DNA from: Horticoccus luteus
Lineage (GTDB): Bacteria; Verrucomicrobiota; Verrucomicrobiia; Opitutales; Opitutaceae
Direction: 5' to 3'
Length of the DNA stretch: 32,000 nucleotides
Assembly: GCF_019464535.1 (NCBI RefSeq)
Contig: NZ_CP080507.1
Span: forward strand, 960,001-992,000
The position numbers and the translations under genes are program-made. Positions 7,891 to 17,123 of this stretch are shown here, piece after piece (the stretch's first letter is position 1; the number at the start of each line of letters is the position of its first letter). The notes beneath the pieces were generated by a model. The model was given only the letters and a program-made list of their open reading frames with translations, was not told the DNA's origin and did not search any database.

Positions 7891-8892
7891 ATGCCCAAAC
7901 GTCTCGGAAAGTTCGAACTTCCCTCCAAGCTCACCAAAGTCGAGGAGGGCGCCACGCCGACCTACGCCAAGTTCATGGCCGAGCCTTTCGAGGCCGGCTA
8001 TGGCCATACCGTGGGTAACTCGCTGCGCCGCGTGCTCCTCAGCTCGATCGAGGGTGCTGCTGTTTCCTCGATTCGGATCGATGGCGTGAGCCACGAATTC
8101 CAAAGCATCGATGGCGTCGTCGAAGATGTCACCGATATCGTGCTGAACTTGAAGAAGGTGCTCATCGTTTCGCACAAGCGTGAACCGATTACGCTCCAGA
8201 TCAGCGTCAACAAAAGCGGCGCGGTCACTGCGGCCGACATCCAGGCCGATGCCAATATTCAGATCGTCAATCCCGATCAGGTGATCTGCACCCTCGATAG
8301 CAAACGTGCGTTCGACGCCGAGATCGAGATCAAGACCGGTCGCGGGTATTATCCAGGCGAGGCTAACAAGAAGGAAGACCAGGCGATCGGCGTGATTCCC
8401 ATCGACTCACTCTTCTCTCCGGTGCGCCTCGTGAAGTATTCAGTTGAAGCGACCCGCGTCGGACAGATCACCGATTACGACAAACTCATCCTGGAAGTGT
8501 GGACCGACGGTCGTATCACGCCGGACGATGCGCTGAAGCAATCGGCCTCGATTCTGAAGCACCATCTCGACGTGTTTGATCGCGTCAGCGAAGAAGCCTA
8601 CGAGTTCGAAAACCAACAGTCCGAGGTGAGCGAGGAGCAGAATAAGCTCCGCAAACTTCTCAACATGTCGGTCAACGAAATCGAGCTCTCCGTCCGCGCG
8701 GCGAATTGCTTGAATAACGCGAACATCACCACGGTCGGCGAGCTCGCGATGAAGACCGAGCAAGAGATGCTCAAGTATCGCAACTTCGGCAAAAAGTCCC
8801 TCAACGAAATCAAGGAGAAGCTCGAAGCCCTCGGTCTTTCTCTCGGGATGAAGTTCGACGAGCGGCTGCTTGATACCCGGAAAGATCTCTGA
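7891..8892 (+). CDS. rpoA: DNA-directed RNA polymerase alpha subunit
   Basis: FMAEPFEAGYGHTVGNSLRRVLLSSIEGAAV (N-terminal domain) and ELSVRAANCLNNANITTVGEL...NFGKKSLNEIKEKL (C-terminal domain). Synteny. Confidence 0.96.
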   Translation: MPKRLGKFELPSKLTKVEEGATPTYAKFMAEPFEAGYGHTVGNSLRRVLLSSIEGAAVSSIRIDGVSHEFQSIDGVVEDVTDIVLNLKKVLIVSHKREPITLQISVNKSGAVTAADIQADANIQIVNPDQVICTLDSKRAFDAEIEIKTGRGYYPGEANKKEDQAIGVIPIDSLFSPVRLVKYSVEATRVGQITDYDKLILEVWTDGRITPDDALKQSASILKHHLDVFDRVSEEAYEFENQQSEVSEEQNKLRKLLNMSVNEIELSVRAANCLNNANITTVGELAMKTEQEMLKYRNFGKKSLNEIKEKLEALGLSLGMKFDERLLDTRKDL

Positions 8893-8912
8893 ACGACCTC
8901 CGACGTGCTCCG

Positions 8913-8941
8913 GGCCGAAGTGAGTTTCCCGCCCTTCGGCC
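8913..8941 (+). other. Hairpin (8-bp stem GGCCGAAG/CTTCGGCC, 13-nt loop) in the 158-nt rpoA-rplQ spacer
   Basis: Inverted repeat read directly. It starts 21 nt after the rpoA stop. No U-tract follows, so it is not a canonical terminator. Confidence 0.4.
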
Positions 8942-9050
8942 TGAGCCGCGTCGACCGTTGACTTTACGCTTAATCGACTCTCGCGCCGTCCGCTGCCGCC
9001 CTACGCTGCGACCGGATTGCCGATCGGGAGTCACCTAGAACAGCACTACC

Positions 9051-9566
9051 ATGCGTCACAATAAACACCATGCCTCCCTCGGCGTGACTCGCGAACACCG
9101 CGCAGCCATGCTGTCCAACCTTGCCGCCGCGCTCATCACGCACGGTCGCATCCAAACGACCCTCACGAAGGCCAAAGCGCTCCGCCCCTTCATCGAAAAG
9201 GTTATCACCAAAGCCAAAAAGGCGGCGGCGAAAACCGACAAGAAGGATGCGCTCCATCTGCGCCGCCTCGCGCTGGCCGATGTGCGCGACGAAAACGCCA
9301 TCACGCTCCTTTTTAACGAGAAGCATAAGGAGTTCACGAATCGCAACGGCGGTTACACCCGGATCTATAAGCTCGGTCCGCAGCGTATTTCCGACGCCGC
9401 TGAAATCGCGCTGATCGAGTTCGTCAAGGGTGAGGATACCGGCTACAAAAAGTCTCGCTCCCGCAAGGCGGCGAAACCGGCGGCCGATCGTCCGGCCAAG
9501 GATCAGCCCGCGGCCGTAGAGGCCCCCGCGTCAGCGGAATCGTCCACCCCGGAAGCGAAAAGCTAA
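9051..9566 (+). CDS. rplQ: 50S ribosomal protein L17 with about 46-aa A/P/K/E-rich C-terminal extension
   Basis: MRHNKHHASLGVTREHRAAMLSNLAAALITHGRIQTTLTKAKALRPFIEKVIT...GGYTRIYKLGPQR matches L17. Last gene of the alpha operon. Confidence 0.93.
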   Translation: MRHNKHHASLGVTREHRAAMLSNLAAALITHGRIQTTLTKAKALRPFIEKVITKAKKAAAKTDKKDALHLRRLALADVRDENAITLLFNEKHKEFTNRNGGYTRIYKLGPQRISDAAEIALIEFVKGEDTGYKKSRSRKAAKPAADRPAKDQPAAVEAPASAESSTPEAKS

Positions 9567-9583
9567 ACCCGGGAGTTGGTCTC

Positions 9584-9620
9584 AAACGCGCCGAAGTCAC
9601 CTTCGGCGCGTTTTGCTTTT
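9584..9620 (+). terminator. Rho-independent terminator closing the ribosomal-protein/rpoA operon
   Basis: 10-bp GC stem CGCGCCGAAG (9587-9596), loop TCAC, CTTCGGCGCG (9601-9610), then TTTTGCTTTT. It lies 18 nt after the rplQ stop. The upstream AAA could pair with the T-tract. Confidence 0.88.
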
Positions 9621-9682
9621 AGTCGGTTCGTTCGTTGGATTCCCAATTGCTGTCCCGCCGGAGCCGGTGGCGGCATACTCCT

Positions 9683-9910
9683 ATGTTCGATTTTTCCACC
9701 GCCGTAATCGTCTATTGCGTGCTCGTCGCCGTCGTCTTCCTCGGTTTGTGGTTCTACTACGATCGCCGGGACCACGCCCGATTCGAAGGCGCCCGGCGCA
9801 AGACCACGTTTCACTGCATCCGTTGCGATCAGCTCTACCCGGCACCGGCCGGCACCGAATTGGCCAGATGTCCGCAGTGTGGACACGAAAACTCCCGGCT
9901 GCGGTTTTGA
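9683..9910 (+). CDS. Small membrane-anchored zinc-ribbon protein (75 aa), unknown function
   Basis: MFDFSTAVIVYCVLVAVVFLGLWFYY (one TM) followed by CIRCDQ-x15-CPQCGH (CxxC...CxxC). ATG 9683 is preferred over the track start 9635, which sits only 15 nt after the terminator. Confidence 0.55.
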   Translation: MFDFSTAVIVYCVLVAVVFLGLWFYYDRRDHARFEGARRKTTFHCIRCDQLYPAPAGTELARCPQCGHENSRLRF

Positions 9911-10004
9911 GCGGTGTGGTCGGCCGCTCGGGCGGCACGTTCGCAACGAGTAAGAATCGCGCTTGCGGCGCCGCCACCGTTTCCCTGTTTTCTAACTTTC
10001 TCTC

Positions 10005-11543
10005 ATGCCACAAGTCATCGCCGTTTTAGACTTCGGGTCGCAGCTCACACAGGTGATCGCGCGGCGTATCCGCGAGTGCCAAGTCTATTCCAAGATTTAC
10101 CACTATTCGACTCCAGCGGCCCAGTTGAAGGCGGAAGGCGTGATCGGGCTGATCTTTTCCGGCGGACCCCAAAGCGTCTATGCGAAGGGTGCGCCGCACC
10201 CGGATCCGGCCGTATTCGAACTCGGCGTGCCGATCCTCGGAATTTGCTATGGCGTCCAGCTGATGGGACACTTTCTCGGCGGCGAGGTGGAAAAGAGCAA
10301 GGCGCGCGAGTATGGCCATGGCGAACTCACCGTGCGAAAGCCGGGCAAGCTTTTTGCCGGCCTGCCGCGCAAGCTCCGCATCTGGAACTCTCACGGCGAT
10401 AAGCTCACCCGCCTCCCGCCGGGTTTTGTTGCAACCGCGACATCGGATAACTCGCCCTTCTCAGGGATCGAGGATGCCAAGCGTCGTTATTACGGCATTC
10501 AATTTCACCCGGAGGTGTTTCACACCGAGCGGGGCGTGGACATCATTCGCAACTTTCTCGTGGGTGTTTGCGGCGCGCAGCAAGATTGGACGACGCGCGA
10601 TTTTATCGATCATGCGGTGGACGAGATTCGCACGAAAGTCGGCTCGTCACGAGTGATCCTCGGCCTGTCGGGCGGAGTCGATTCCTCGGTGGCGGCGGCG
10701 CTGCTGCACAAGGCGATTGGGCGGCAGCTGACCTGTGTCTTCGTGGACAATGGCCTGTTGCGCAAAGGCGAACGAGAGCAGGTGGAATCCCTTTACCAGC
10801 GTAATTTCCGCGTCGACGTCCGCGTGGTGGACGCCTCGCGCACTTTCCTCCGCCGGCTCAAGGGCATCACCGAGCCCGAGCAGAAGCGGAAAATCATTGG
10901 CCGCACGTTTGTCGAAGTGTTTGAGAAATCGCTGAAGGCGGTCGGCCATGCGGATTTCCTCGGACAGGGCACGCTTTATCCTGATGTGATCGAGAGCGTC
11001 TCAATCGGAAATAATCCCGCATCGTTGATCAAAACGCATCACAACGTCGGCGGCTTGCCCGCGCGGATGAAGCTTAAACTTATCGAGCCGTTGCGCGAAT
11101 TATTTAAGGATGAGGTTCGCGCCGTGGGCGCTGCGCTCGGCCTGCCGCGCGAGGTGGTCTGGCGGCAACCGTTCCCCGGGCCGGGGCTCGGCGTCCGCGT
11201 GATGGGTGATATCACCGGCGCGAAGCTCGACATCCTTCGCAATGCGGATGCCATCCTGCAGGAGGAAATGATGTCGTCGGGCTACTACTACAAGGTGTGG
11301 CAATCGTTCTGCGTCTTTCTGCCCGTGCAGACAGTCGGGGTGTTCGGCGATGAGCGCACCTACGACTACGTGATCGCGCTTCGCATTGTGGAGAGCACGG
11401 ATGCGATGACGGCAGATTGGGCGAAACTGCCGCACGATTTGATCCAGAAGATTTCCAGCCGGATCACCAACGAAGTGCGTGGCGTGGGGCGGGTGGTGCT
11501 CGATGTGAGTTCCAAACCGCCGGCCACGATCGAGTGGGAATGA
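10005..11543 (+). CDS. guaA: GMP synthase (glutamine-hydrolysing)
   Basis: GATase domain ([18 protein letters not shown]..., [15 protein letters not shown]) plus ATP-pyrophosphatase domain ([13 protein letters not shown]) and the C-terminal ...KPPATIEWE. Confidence 0.96.
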   Translation: MPQVIAVLDFGSQLTQVIARRIRECQVYSKIYHYSTPAAQLKAEGVIGLIFSGGPQSVYAKGAPHPDPAVFELGVPILGICYGVQLMGHFLGGEVEKSKAREYGHGELTVRKPGKLFAGLPRKLRIWNSHGDKLTRLPPGFVATATSDNSPFSGIEDAKRRYYGIQFHPEVFHTERGVDIIRNFLVGVCGAQQDWTTRDFIDHAVDEIRTKVGSSRVILGLSGGVDSSVAAALLHKAIGRQLTCVFVDNGLLRKGEREQVESLYQRNFRVDVRVVDASRTFLRRLKGITEPEQKRKIIGRTFVEVFEKSLKAVGHADFLGQGTLYPDVIESVSIGNNPASLIKTHHNVGGLPARMKLKLIEPLRELFKDEVRAVGAALGLPREVVWRQPFPGPGLGVRVMGDITGAKLDILRNADAILQEEMMSSGYYYKVWQSFCVFLPVQTVGVFGDERTYDYVIALRIVESTDAMTADWAKLPHDLIQKISSRITNEVRGVGRVVLDVSSKPPATIEWE

Positions 11544-11589
11544 GAAGCACGCTTCCCTCCCGTCCGGAACTTGTCTATTGCTCTCCTCC

Positions 11590-12336
11590 ATGAACCGTCT
11601 TTTGCGCCTCACGATTGCTGCTGCCTCGATGCTGGTCGTCACCGTTGTCGCGCAGGCGGAACTGCCCATCATCGCCAAAGCGCGCGCTTATTTGGGTAAC
11701 GAAAAGACCATCGATGCGCTCACCTCTGTGCACTTCGCCGGCAAACTCAACGCCGACGATAGCGGCGCAACGGGCCCGGTGCAGATCGACATCATTTTCC
11801 AAAAACCGGACCAGCAGCGCATCGAAGCGAAGTCAAACAAGGGCACGGAAGTCACAGGACTTAACGGCTACGAAGCGTGGCACCGGGTGCAGGATGCCAA
11901 GGACAAAGCCGGCTGGCAGCTCACCCTCCTCGGCAAGGACCAAGTTAAACGCCTGCGCGCGAACACGTGGGAGAACCTGGCGTTTTTTCGCGGAATCGAG
12001 CGCATCGGTGGTCAGCTCAAGGACGAGGGCACGGCCGTCGTGGACGGCGTGACGACGCGCAAGATCGCGTTCATCCACGATCCCGACATTGTCTTCTATC
12101 GCTATTTCGACCCTGCGACCGGTCGGTTGGTGCGGACGGAGACCGAAGCGGGCGGCAGCATTCGTGAAGAGGGCGAAGTGATCGTCGATGGGATTCGCTT
12201 CCCGCAAAAGCTGATCACGGTCAGTAAGAATGCGGATGGAAAAGAAATCACGGTCTCGATCACGTTCGAGAAAATCACGGTCAACGAGAACTTCCCGGAC
12301 TCGCTGTTTGCCGTCCCTGATTTGATTCCCAACTGA
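11590..12336 (+). CDS. Secreted LolA-fold-like protein (outer-membrane lipoprotein-sorting-like), function uncertain
   Basis: Signal peptide MNRLLRLTIAAASMLVVTVVAQA/E with no lipobox Cys. Beta-rich body ending ..ITVNENFPDSLFAVP, as seen in LolA-like proteins. The first ATG is 11590; the track start 11578 is TTG. Confidence 0.72.
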   Translation: MNRLLRLTIAAASMLVVTVVAQAELPIIAKARAYLGNEKTIDALTSVHFAGKLNADDSGATGPVQIDIIFQKPDQQRIEAKSNKGTEVTGLNGYEAWHRVQDAKDKAGWQLTLLGKDQVKRLRANTWENLAFFRGIERIGGQLKDEGTAVVDGVTTRKIAFIHDPDIVFYRYFDPATGRLVRTETEAGGSIREEGEVIVDGIRFPQKLITVSKNADGKEITVSITFEKITVNENFPDSLFAVPDLIPN

Positions 12337-12352
12337 AGGGCTTTGCCGTCGG

Positions 12353-12370
12353 AGGCCGCGCGCGCGGCCT
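12353..12370. repeat. Perfect 18-nt GC palindrome AGGCCGCGCGCGCGGCCT between the LolA-like gene and hisD
   Basis: Read directly, 17 nt after the stop at 12334-12336. A T5 run follows only 15 nt later (12386-12390), so at best it is a non-canonical terminator or stabiliser hairpin. Confidence 0.35.
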
Positions 12371-12391
12371 GACGCTCTTCGCTGATTTTTG

Positions 12392-13690
12392 ATGCGCTCG
12401 ATCGATTACTCGAAACCCGGCGCGGCGGGCCAGCTCGCCGACTTTTGCCGCAGTGCCTTGGTGCCTCGCGAAATTTCCGCGGCCGTCGCTGAAATCCTCG
12501 CGGACGTGCAGGTGCGCGGTGATGTCGCCGTCAGCCACTACGCCGCGAAATTCGATGGTGCCTCGCTCGCGCCTGAAGCCTTTCGCGTCGCCCCGACCGA
12601 ACTCCGTGCCGCGGCGAAACAGATATCGGCTGGTGATCGTCGCGCGCTTAAGGCCGCCCATGCGAACATCGTTGCCTTCAACCGGCGCGGCTTGCCCGCC
12701 GACTGGTCGGGGCGCAACCGCCAGGGCGCCCGCGTCGGCGAAAAGTTCGATCCGATCCGTCGCGTCGGCCTTTACGTGCCGGGTGGGGAGGTGCCGCTGG
12801 TGTCGACCGTTTTGATGACGGCCACGCTGGCGAAAATCGCTGGTTGTCCGGAGATCGTCGTCTGCACGCCGTCCAATCGCGCCGGCGAGGTTGCGCCCGG
12901 ATTGCTTGCGGCCTTGGAGCTCGTCGGTGTCGACGAAGTCTATCGCATCGGCGGCGTGCAGGCGATCGGCGCGATGGCGTATGGCACGGCGACGATCCCT
13001 GCCGTCGATAAAGTATTTGGGCCGGGCAACGCCTACGTGTGCGAGGCAAAGCGGCAGGTTTTCGGCCTCGTGGGAGTCGATTCGCTGCCGGGACCGAGCG
13101 AAGTGATGATCATTGCCGATGAGACGGCGCGGGCCGATTACGCGGCGGCGGATTTGCTGGCGCAGGCGGAGCATGGCTCCGGCCGCGAGAAAATCTACTT
13201 CGTCAGCAATTCGACGCGTCAAATCGCGCGGGTTGAACACGAGGTTGCGCAGCAACTTGGCTCATTGACGCGGTCGGAAAAAACGGCGCGCGTGCTCGAG
13301 CACGGTTTTTTAGCCATCAAGGTGCGCACCTTTGCGCAGGCGGTGGAGGTGGCGAATTACGTGGCACCGGAGCATCTCGAGTTGCTCGTGGCGCCGGCGG
13401 AGGCAACGCGGTTGATCGGTGCGATCACGACGGCGGGCGCGATCATGGTGGGCAACGAAACGCCCACCGCACTCGGCGATTTCACGGCTGGGCCGAGTCA
13501 CGTGCTGCCGACCGCGCGGGCGGGGCGTTTTTTCAGCGGATTGCGTGTCGCGGACTTCATGCGCCGCACGAGTGTGGTGCGTTACGATCGGACAAGCATT
13601 CGCGCGGGCGAACGCGTCGTGGCGGCGTTCGCTGCGATGGAGCGCTTGGATGCGCACGGCCGTTCGGCGCGCATTCGAGTGGAGAAGTGA
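12392..13690 (+). CDS. hisD: Histidinol dehydrogenase
   Basis: ATG 12392. VRGDVAVSHYAAKFDG, ...GPGNAYV..AKR.VFG.VG, ...AQAEHG..., and EHLEL near the C-terminus are the HisD pattern. Confidence 0.95.
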   Translation: MRSIDYSKPGAAGQLADFCRSALVPREISAAVAEILADVQVRGDVAVSHYAAKFDGASLAPEAFRVAPTELRAAAKQISAGDRRALKAAHANIVAFNRRGLPADWSGRNRQGARVGEKFDPIRRVGLYVPGGEVPLVSTVLMTATLAKIAGCPEIVVCTPSNRAGEVAPGLLAALELVGVDEVYRIGGVQAIGAMAYGTATIPAVDKVFGPGNAYVCEAKRQVFGLVGVDSLPGPSEVMIIADETARADYAAADLLAQAEHGSGREKIYFVSNSTRQIARVEHEVAQQLGSLTRSEKTARVLEHGFLAIKVRTFAQAVEVANYVAPEHLELLVAPAEATRLIGAITTAGAIMVGNETPTALGDFTAGPSHVLPTARAGRFFSGLRVADFMRRTSVVRYDRTSIRAGERVVAAFAAMERLDAHGRSARIRVEK

Positions 13691-13696
13691 ATTGCC

Positions 13697-14791
13697 ATGA
13701 GCCTCTCCGATCTTGCTCAGCCGCATGTCGCGCGGCTTCACGCCTACACTCCCGGTCTGCAGCCCACCGGCCAAGGCTGGGTCAAACTCAACACTAACGA
13801 GTGTCCGTATCCGCCCAGTCCGCGTGTGGCCGAAGCGATTCGCCGCGAGCTCGGAGACGACGGGGCCAGCCTGCGCCTTTATCCCAATCCGAAAAGCAGT
13901 CTGCTGCGCGCGGCGCTGGCTCGTCATCATGGCGTGCGCGAAGAAAACGTGATCGTCGGCAACGGCTCCGACGACGTGCTCAATCTGCTTGTGCGCGCGT
14001 TCTGTGCGCCCGGCGCCGAGGTGGGTTTCACGTTGCCGAGCTATTCGCTCTATCCGGTGCTCGTGGAGGTGCAGGACGGTCGTTGCGCGATCGTCGAGTT
14101 TGATCGCTCGATGGAGTTGCCGTGGCCGCGCATTCGCGCCTCCGCAGCGAAGGCGTTTTTCCTTACGTCGCCCAATGCGCCGACGGGCGTCGGCTTTTCG
14201 CCAGCGGCGATCGAGCGCCTGCTCGGCGAGTTCGGCGGGCTCGTGGTCGTAGACGAGGCCTACGCGCCCTTCGCGCGGGAGAACGCAGTGGCGCTGCTGG
14301 CCCGGCATCCGCGCCTGGTCATTGTGCGCACGTTTTCCAAGGCTTATGCGCTCGCCGGCGCGCGCGTGGGTTACGCGCTTGGTGACGCTGAACTGATCGG
14401 GCTGCTTGATCGCGTGCGCGACAGCTACAACGTGAGCCGTCTGGCGCAGGCTGCGGCGCTCGCGGCGCTGGAGGACGACGACTACTTCCGCGCCACCATC
14501 GCGCGAGTCGTCGCCACGCGCGATCAATCCGCCGCGGCGTTCGCCGCGCGGGGATGGTTTGGCTATCACTCGCAGGCGAATTTTCTCTTCGTTGAACCGC
14601 GCACCGCGCGAGGAGAGACGGGACCTGCGGTGGCGAAGTCGCTCTACGATTTCCTTTTCTCGCACCAAGTGCTCGTGCGCTACTTTCCCAGCCACGCCTT
14701 GACCGCTTCTTTCCTGCGCATCAGCGTCGGCACGGACGCGGAGATGCGCGTTCTCAACCAAACCATCGACGCATGGCTTCAAACCGCCTAG
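13697..14791 (+). CDS. hisC: Histidinol-phosphate aminotransferase
   Basis: LHAYTPG...[13 protein letters not shown]...[10 protein letters not shown]...[17 protein letters not shown] is the class-II aminotransferase HisC pattern. It lies 6 nt after hisD. Confidence 0.93.
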   Translation: MSLSDLAQPHVARLHAYTPGLQPTGQGWVKLNTNECPYPPSPRVAEAIRRELGDDGASLRLYPNPKSSLLRAALARHHGVREENVIVGNGSDDVLNLLVRAFCAPGAEVGFTLPSYSLYPVLVEVQDGRCAIVEFDRSMELPWPRIRASAAKAFFLTSPNAPTGVGFSPAAIERLLGEFGGLVVVDEAYAPFARENAVALLARHPRLVIVRTFSKAYALAGARVGYALGDAELIGLLDRVRDSYNVSRLAQAAALAALEDDDYFRATIARVVATRDQSAAAFAARGWFGYHSQANFLFVEPRTARGETGPAVAKSLYDFLFSHQVLVRYFPSHALTASFLRISVGTDAEMRVLNQTIDAWLQTA

Positions 14792-15369
14792 CCCAACTTA
14801 CTCGCAAAACTGCCGAGACCGATATCGCCCTCACGCTGGCGATCGACGGCCGTGGCGTGGCCCATGTGGACACGGGAATCCCGTTTCTCGACCATATGCT
14901 GACGCTCTTTGCGAAGCACGGGCTATTCGACTTGGATGTGAAGGCGACGGGTGACGTGGCGGTTGATTATCACCACACGGTCGAGGACGTGGGTTTGGTG
15001 CTCGGCGATGCATTCAAGCAGGCGCTGGGGGACAAACTGGGCATTCGCCGCTACGGATTTTTCCTGCTGCCCATGGACGAGTCGTTGGCCCGCGTCGTGG
15101 TCGACCTCGGCGGCCGCCCGCACTTGGTTTATAACGTGAGTGCGCCGACGATGTTTGTGCGCGATTTCAACATCGTGCTCGTGAAGGAATTTTGCCGCGC
15201 GTTTAGCAATACCTTGGGCGCGAACTTGCACGTTGAGCTGGTTTACGGTGAGGAACCGCATCACGTGGCGGAGGCGATTTTCAAGGGTCTGGCGCGGGCG
15301 TTGGATGCCGCGACGCAGATCGATCCGCGCGCGGCCGATTTGCTGCCGAGCACAAAGGGGAAACTGTAG
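14773..15369 (+). CDS. hisB: Imidazoleglycerol-phosphate dehydratase (monofunctional)
   Basis: [16 protein letters not shown]...[26 protein letters not shown]...[14 protein letters not shown]...[19 protein letters not shown]. Overlaps hisC by 19 nt. Confidence 0.93.
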   Translation: MASNRLAQLTRKTAETDIALTLAIDGRGVAHVDTGIPFLDHMLTLFAKHGLFDLDVKATGDVAVDYHHTVEDVGLVLGDAFKQALGDKLGIRRYGFFLLPMDESLARVVVDLGGRPHLVYNVSAPTMFVRDFNIVLVKEFCRAFSNTLGANLHVELVYGEEPHHVAEAIFKGLARALDAATQIDPRAADLLPSTKGKL

Positions 15370-15380
15370 ACCCTGCGAGT

Positions 15381-15394
15381 CGCAGCGCGCTGTG
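15381..15394. repeat. Short palindrome (core CAGCGCGCTG) in the hisB-hisH spacer, related to the 3309-3330 element
   Basis: CGCAGCGCGCTG at 15381-15392 is identical to 3313-3324. Both copies are preceded by GAGTCG and lie just downstream of a stop codon. Confidence 0.6.
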
Positions 15395-15431
15395 CCTTCC
15401 CTGGCCGGCGCAGGCGCTTCGGCGTATTTTC

Positions 15432-16067
15432 ATGACTGCTCCCACCATCGCCGTCATCGACAACGGCATTTGCAACCTCCGCAGCGTGACGAAGGCGCTG
15501 GAGAGCGTCGGCGCACTGGCGCGCGTCGTGCGCACCCCGGATGAATTGAGCGGGACGAATGCGCGCGGGCTCGTGTTGCCCGGCGTCGGTGCGTTGCGCG
15601 ACTGCGTCGCGGCGCTGCGGGCGTCTGGTCTCGATGAGGAGGTGCGCCGGTGGATTGCGGCGGACCGGCCGTTTCTGGGCGTTTGTCTGGGAATGCAGGC
15701 GCTGTTCGAGCGATCGGAGGAAGGCGGTGTCGAAGGGCTGGGAATTTTTCGTGGAAACGTTGTGCGCTTCCGGCGGCCGGCCGAATTCAAGATTCCCCAC
15801 ATGGGCTGGAATTCGGTGAACTTCGTCCAACCGGCTTCACCGCTGGCGGCGGGGCTCGCGACAGAAGGCGAGGCGTTTTATTTCGTGCACAGTTTTCACT
15901 GCGTGCCGGTCGATCCTGCGGTCGTCCTCGCCGAGTGCGATTACGGTGGCACGTTTACGGCGGCGATCGGTCGCGGCCGGTGTTTCGCGACGCAATTTCA
16001 CCCGGAAAAAAGCCAGGCGAAGGGACTCCAGATCTATCGCAATTTCGCCACCGTGGCGGCGACGTGA
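15432..16067 (+). CDS. hisH: Imidazole glycerol phosphate synthase, glutamine amidotransferase subunit
   Basis: IAVIDNGICNLRSVTKALE..., GVCLGMQALFE, ..PHMGWN.., ..FYFVHSF.., TQFHPEKS is the HisH triad pattern. Confidence 0.95.
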   Translation: MTAPTIAVIDNGICNLRSVTKALESVGALARVVRTPDELSGTNARGLVLPGVGALRDCVAALRASGLDEEVRRWIAADRPFLGVCLGMQALFERSEEGGVEGLGIFRGNVVRFRRPAEFKIPHMGWNSVNFVQPASPLAAGLATEGEAFYFVHSFHCVPVDPAVVLAECDYGGTFTAAIGRGRCFATQFHPEKSQAKGLQIYRNFATVAAT

Positions 16068-17123
16068 TCAGGCGCTTCGCCGCTGCCAGGCGGCGACAAT
16101 CTGGCGAATGGTTTCCTCGAGCGATTGGGTGAGATCCCACGCGGGAAAGTGCGCCCGCATTTTCCGCAGATCTGAGTAATAGCAGATGTGATCGCCGGCG
16201 CGGTTTTGGTCCACGTAGGTGGAGATTTGCGGGCGTCCGGTGAGCTTTTCGACCAGTTGAAACGCTTCGAGGATCGAGCACGAGTTGGCCTTGCCGCCGC
16301 CGAGGTTGTAAACTTCCCCGGCGCGCGGAGCTTCGGCGAAGGCGTGCATGAACCGGGCGACATCGAGCGAGTGGATGTTGTCGCGCACCTGCTTGCCTTT
16401 GTAGCCGAACACGCGGTATTCGCGGCCCTCGAGGTTGCATTTTACGAGATACGAGAGGAACCCGTGGAGCTCGACGCCCGTGTGGTTGGGGCCGGTCAGG
16501 CAGCCGCCGCGCAGGCAGCACGTGGGCATCTGAAAGTAACGGCCATATTCCTGCACCATTACGTCCGCGGCGACTTTGGAGGCGCCGAAGAGGGAGTGTT
16601 TCGATTGGTCGATGGTAAACGTCTCGGGAATGCCATTCGCGTAGCTCGGGTCCGCGTAGTCCCAGCGCGTGGCGAGTTCGCTGAGCGCAATGGAATTCGG
16701 GGCGTCGCCATAAACCTTGTTCGTGCTCATGTGCACGAAAGGCGACTCAGGGCATGCGTGTCGCGCCGCCTCGAGGAGGTTCAGCGTGCCGACGGCGTTA
16801 GTATCGAAATCGTCGAAGGGAATGGCGGCGGCGCGGTCGTGAGAGGGTTGGGCGGCGGTGTGCACGATGACGCTCGGTCGCACGGCTTTGATGAGAGCCG
16901 CGACGCCGGCGCGATCACGGATGTCGAGTTCGTGGTGGGTGAAACCAGGCAACTCCCGCGCGAGTCGCTGTTGGTTCCAACGGGTATCACCTTGCGGCCC
17001 GAAAAATACGGCGCGCTGGTTATTGTCGACGCCATGGATCGCGTAGCCGTGCCGGGCGAAATAGACGCAAACCTCGGAGCCGATGAGTCCGGAGGAACCG
17101 GTGACCAGAAGGGTTTTGGGCAT
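16068..17123 (-). CDS. NAD-dependent nucleotide-sugar epimerase/dehydratase (extended SDR, CDP-paratose 2-epimerase-like)
   Basis: The conserved start [17 protein letters not shown] is at ATG 17123; the track ORF extends to 17270. [23 protein letters not shown] (YxxxK) and [13 protein letters not shown] resemble the tyvelose/paratose epimerase subgroup. The subfamily call is from memory. Confidence 0.85.
   Translation of the reverse strand: MPKTLLVTGSSGLIGSEVCVYFARHGYAIHGVDNNQRAVFFGPQGDTRWNQQRLARELPGFTHHELDIRDRAGVAALIKAVRPSVIVHTAAQPSHDRAAAIPFDDFDTNAVGTLNLLEAARHACPESPFVHMSTNKVYGDAPNSIALSELATRWDYADPSYANGIPETFTIDQSKHSLFGASKVAADVMVQEYGRYFQMPTCCLRGGCLTGPNHTGVELHGFLSYLVKCNLEGREYRVFGYKGKQVRDNIHSLDVARFMHAFAEAPRAGEVYNLGGGKANSCSILEAFQLVEKLTGRPQISTYVDQNRAGDHICYYSDLRKMRAHFPAWDLTQSLEETIRQIVAAWQRRSA

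Noticed and set aside
9635-9682. Longer start for the small zinc-ribbon ORF
   Set aside because: It would begin 15 nt after the terminator T-tract and add a non-hydrophobic Arg/Ser-rich leader. The ATG at 9683 directly precedes the TM helix.
12281-14782. Long - strand ORFs (324 aa and 490 aa) opposite hisD and hisC
   Set aside because: The + strand frames give unmistakable HisD and HisC sequences. The antisense translations are Arg-rich low-information sequence.
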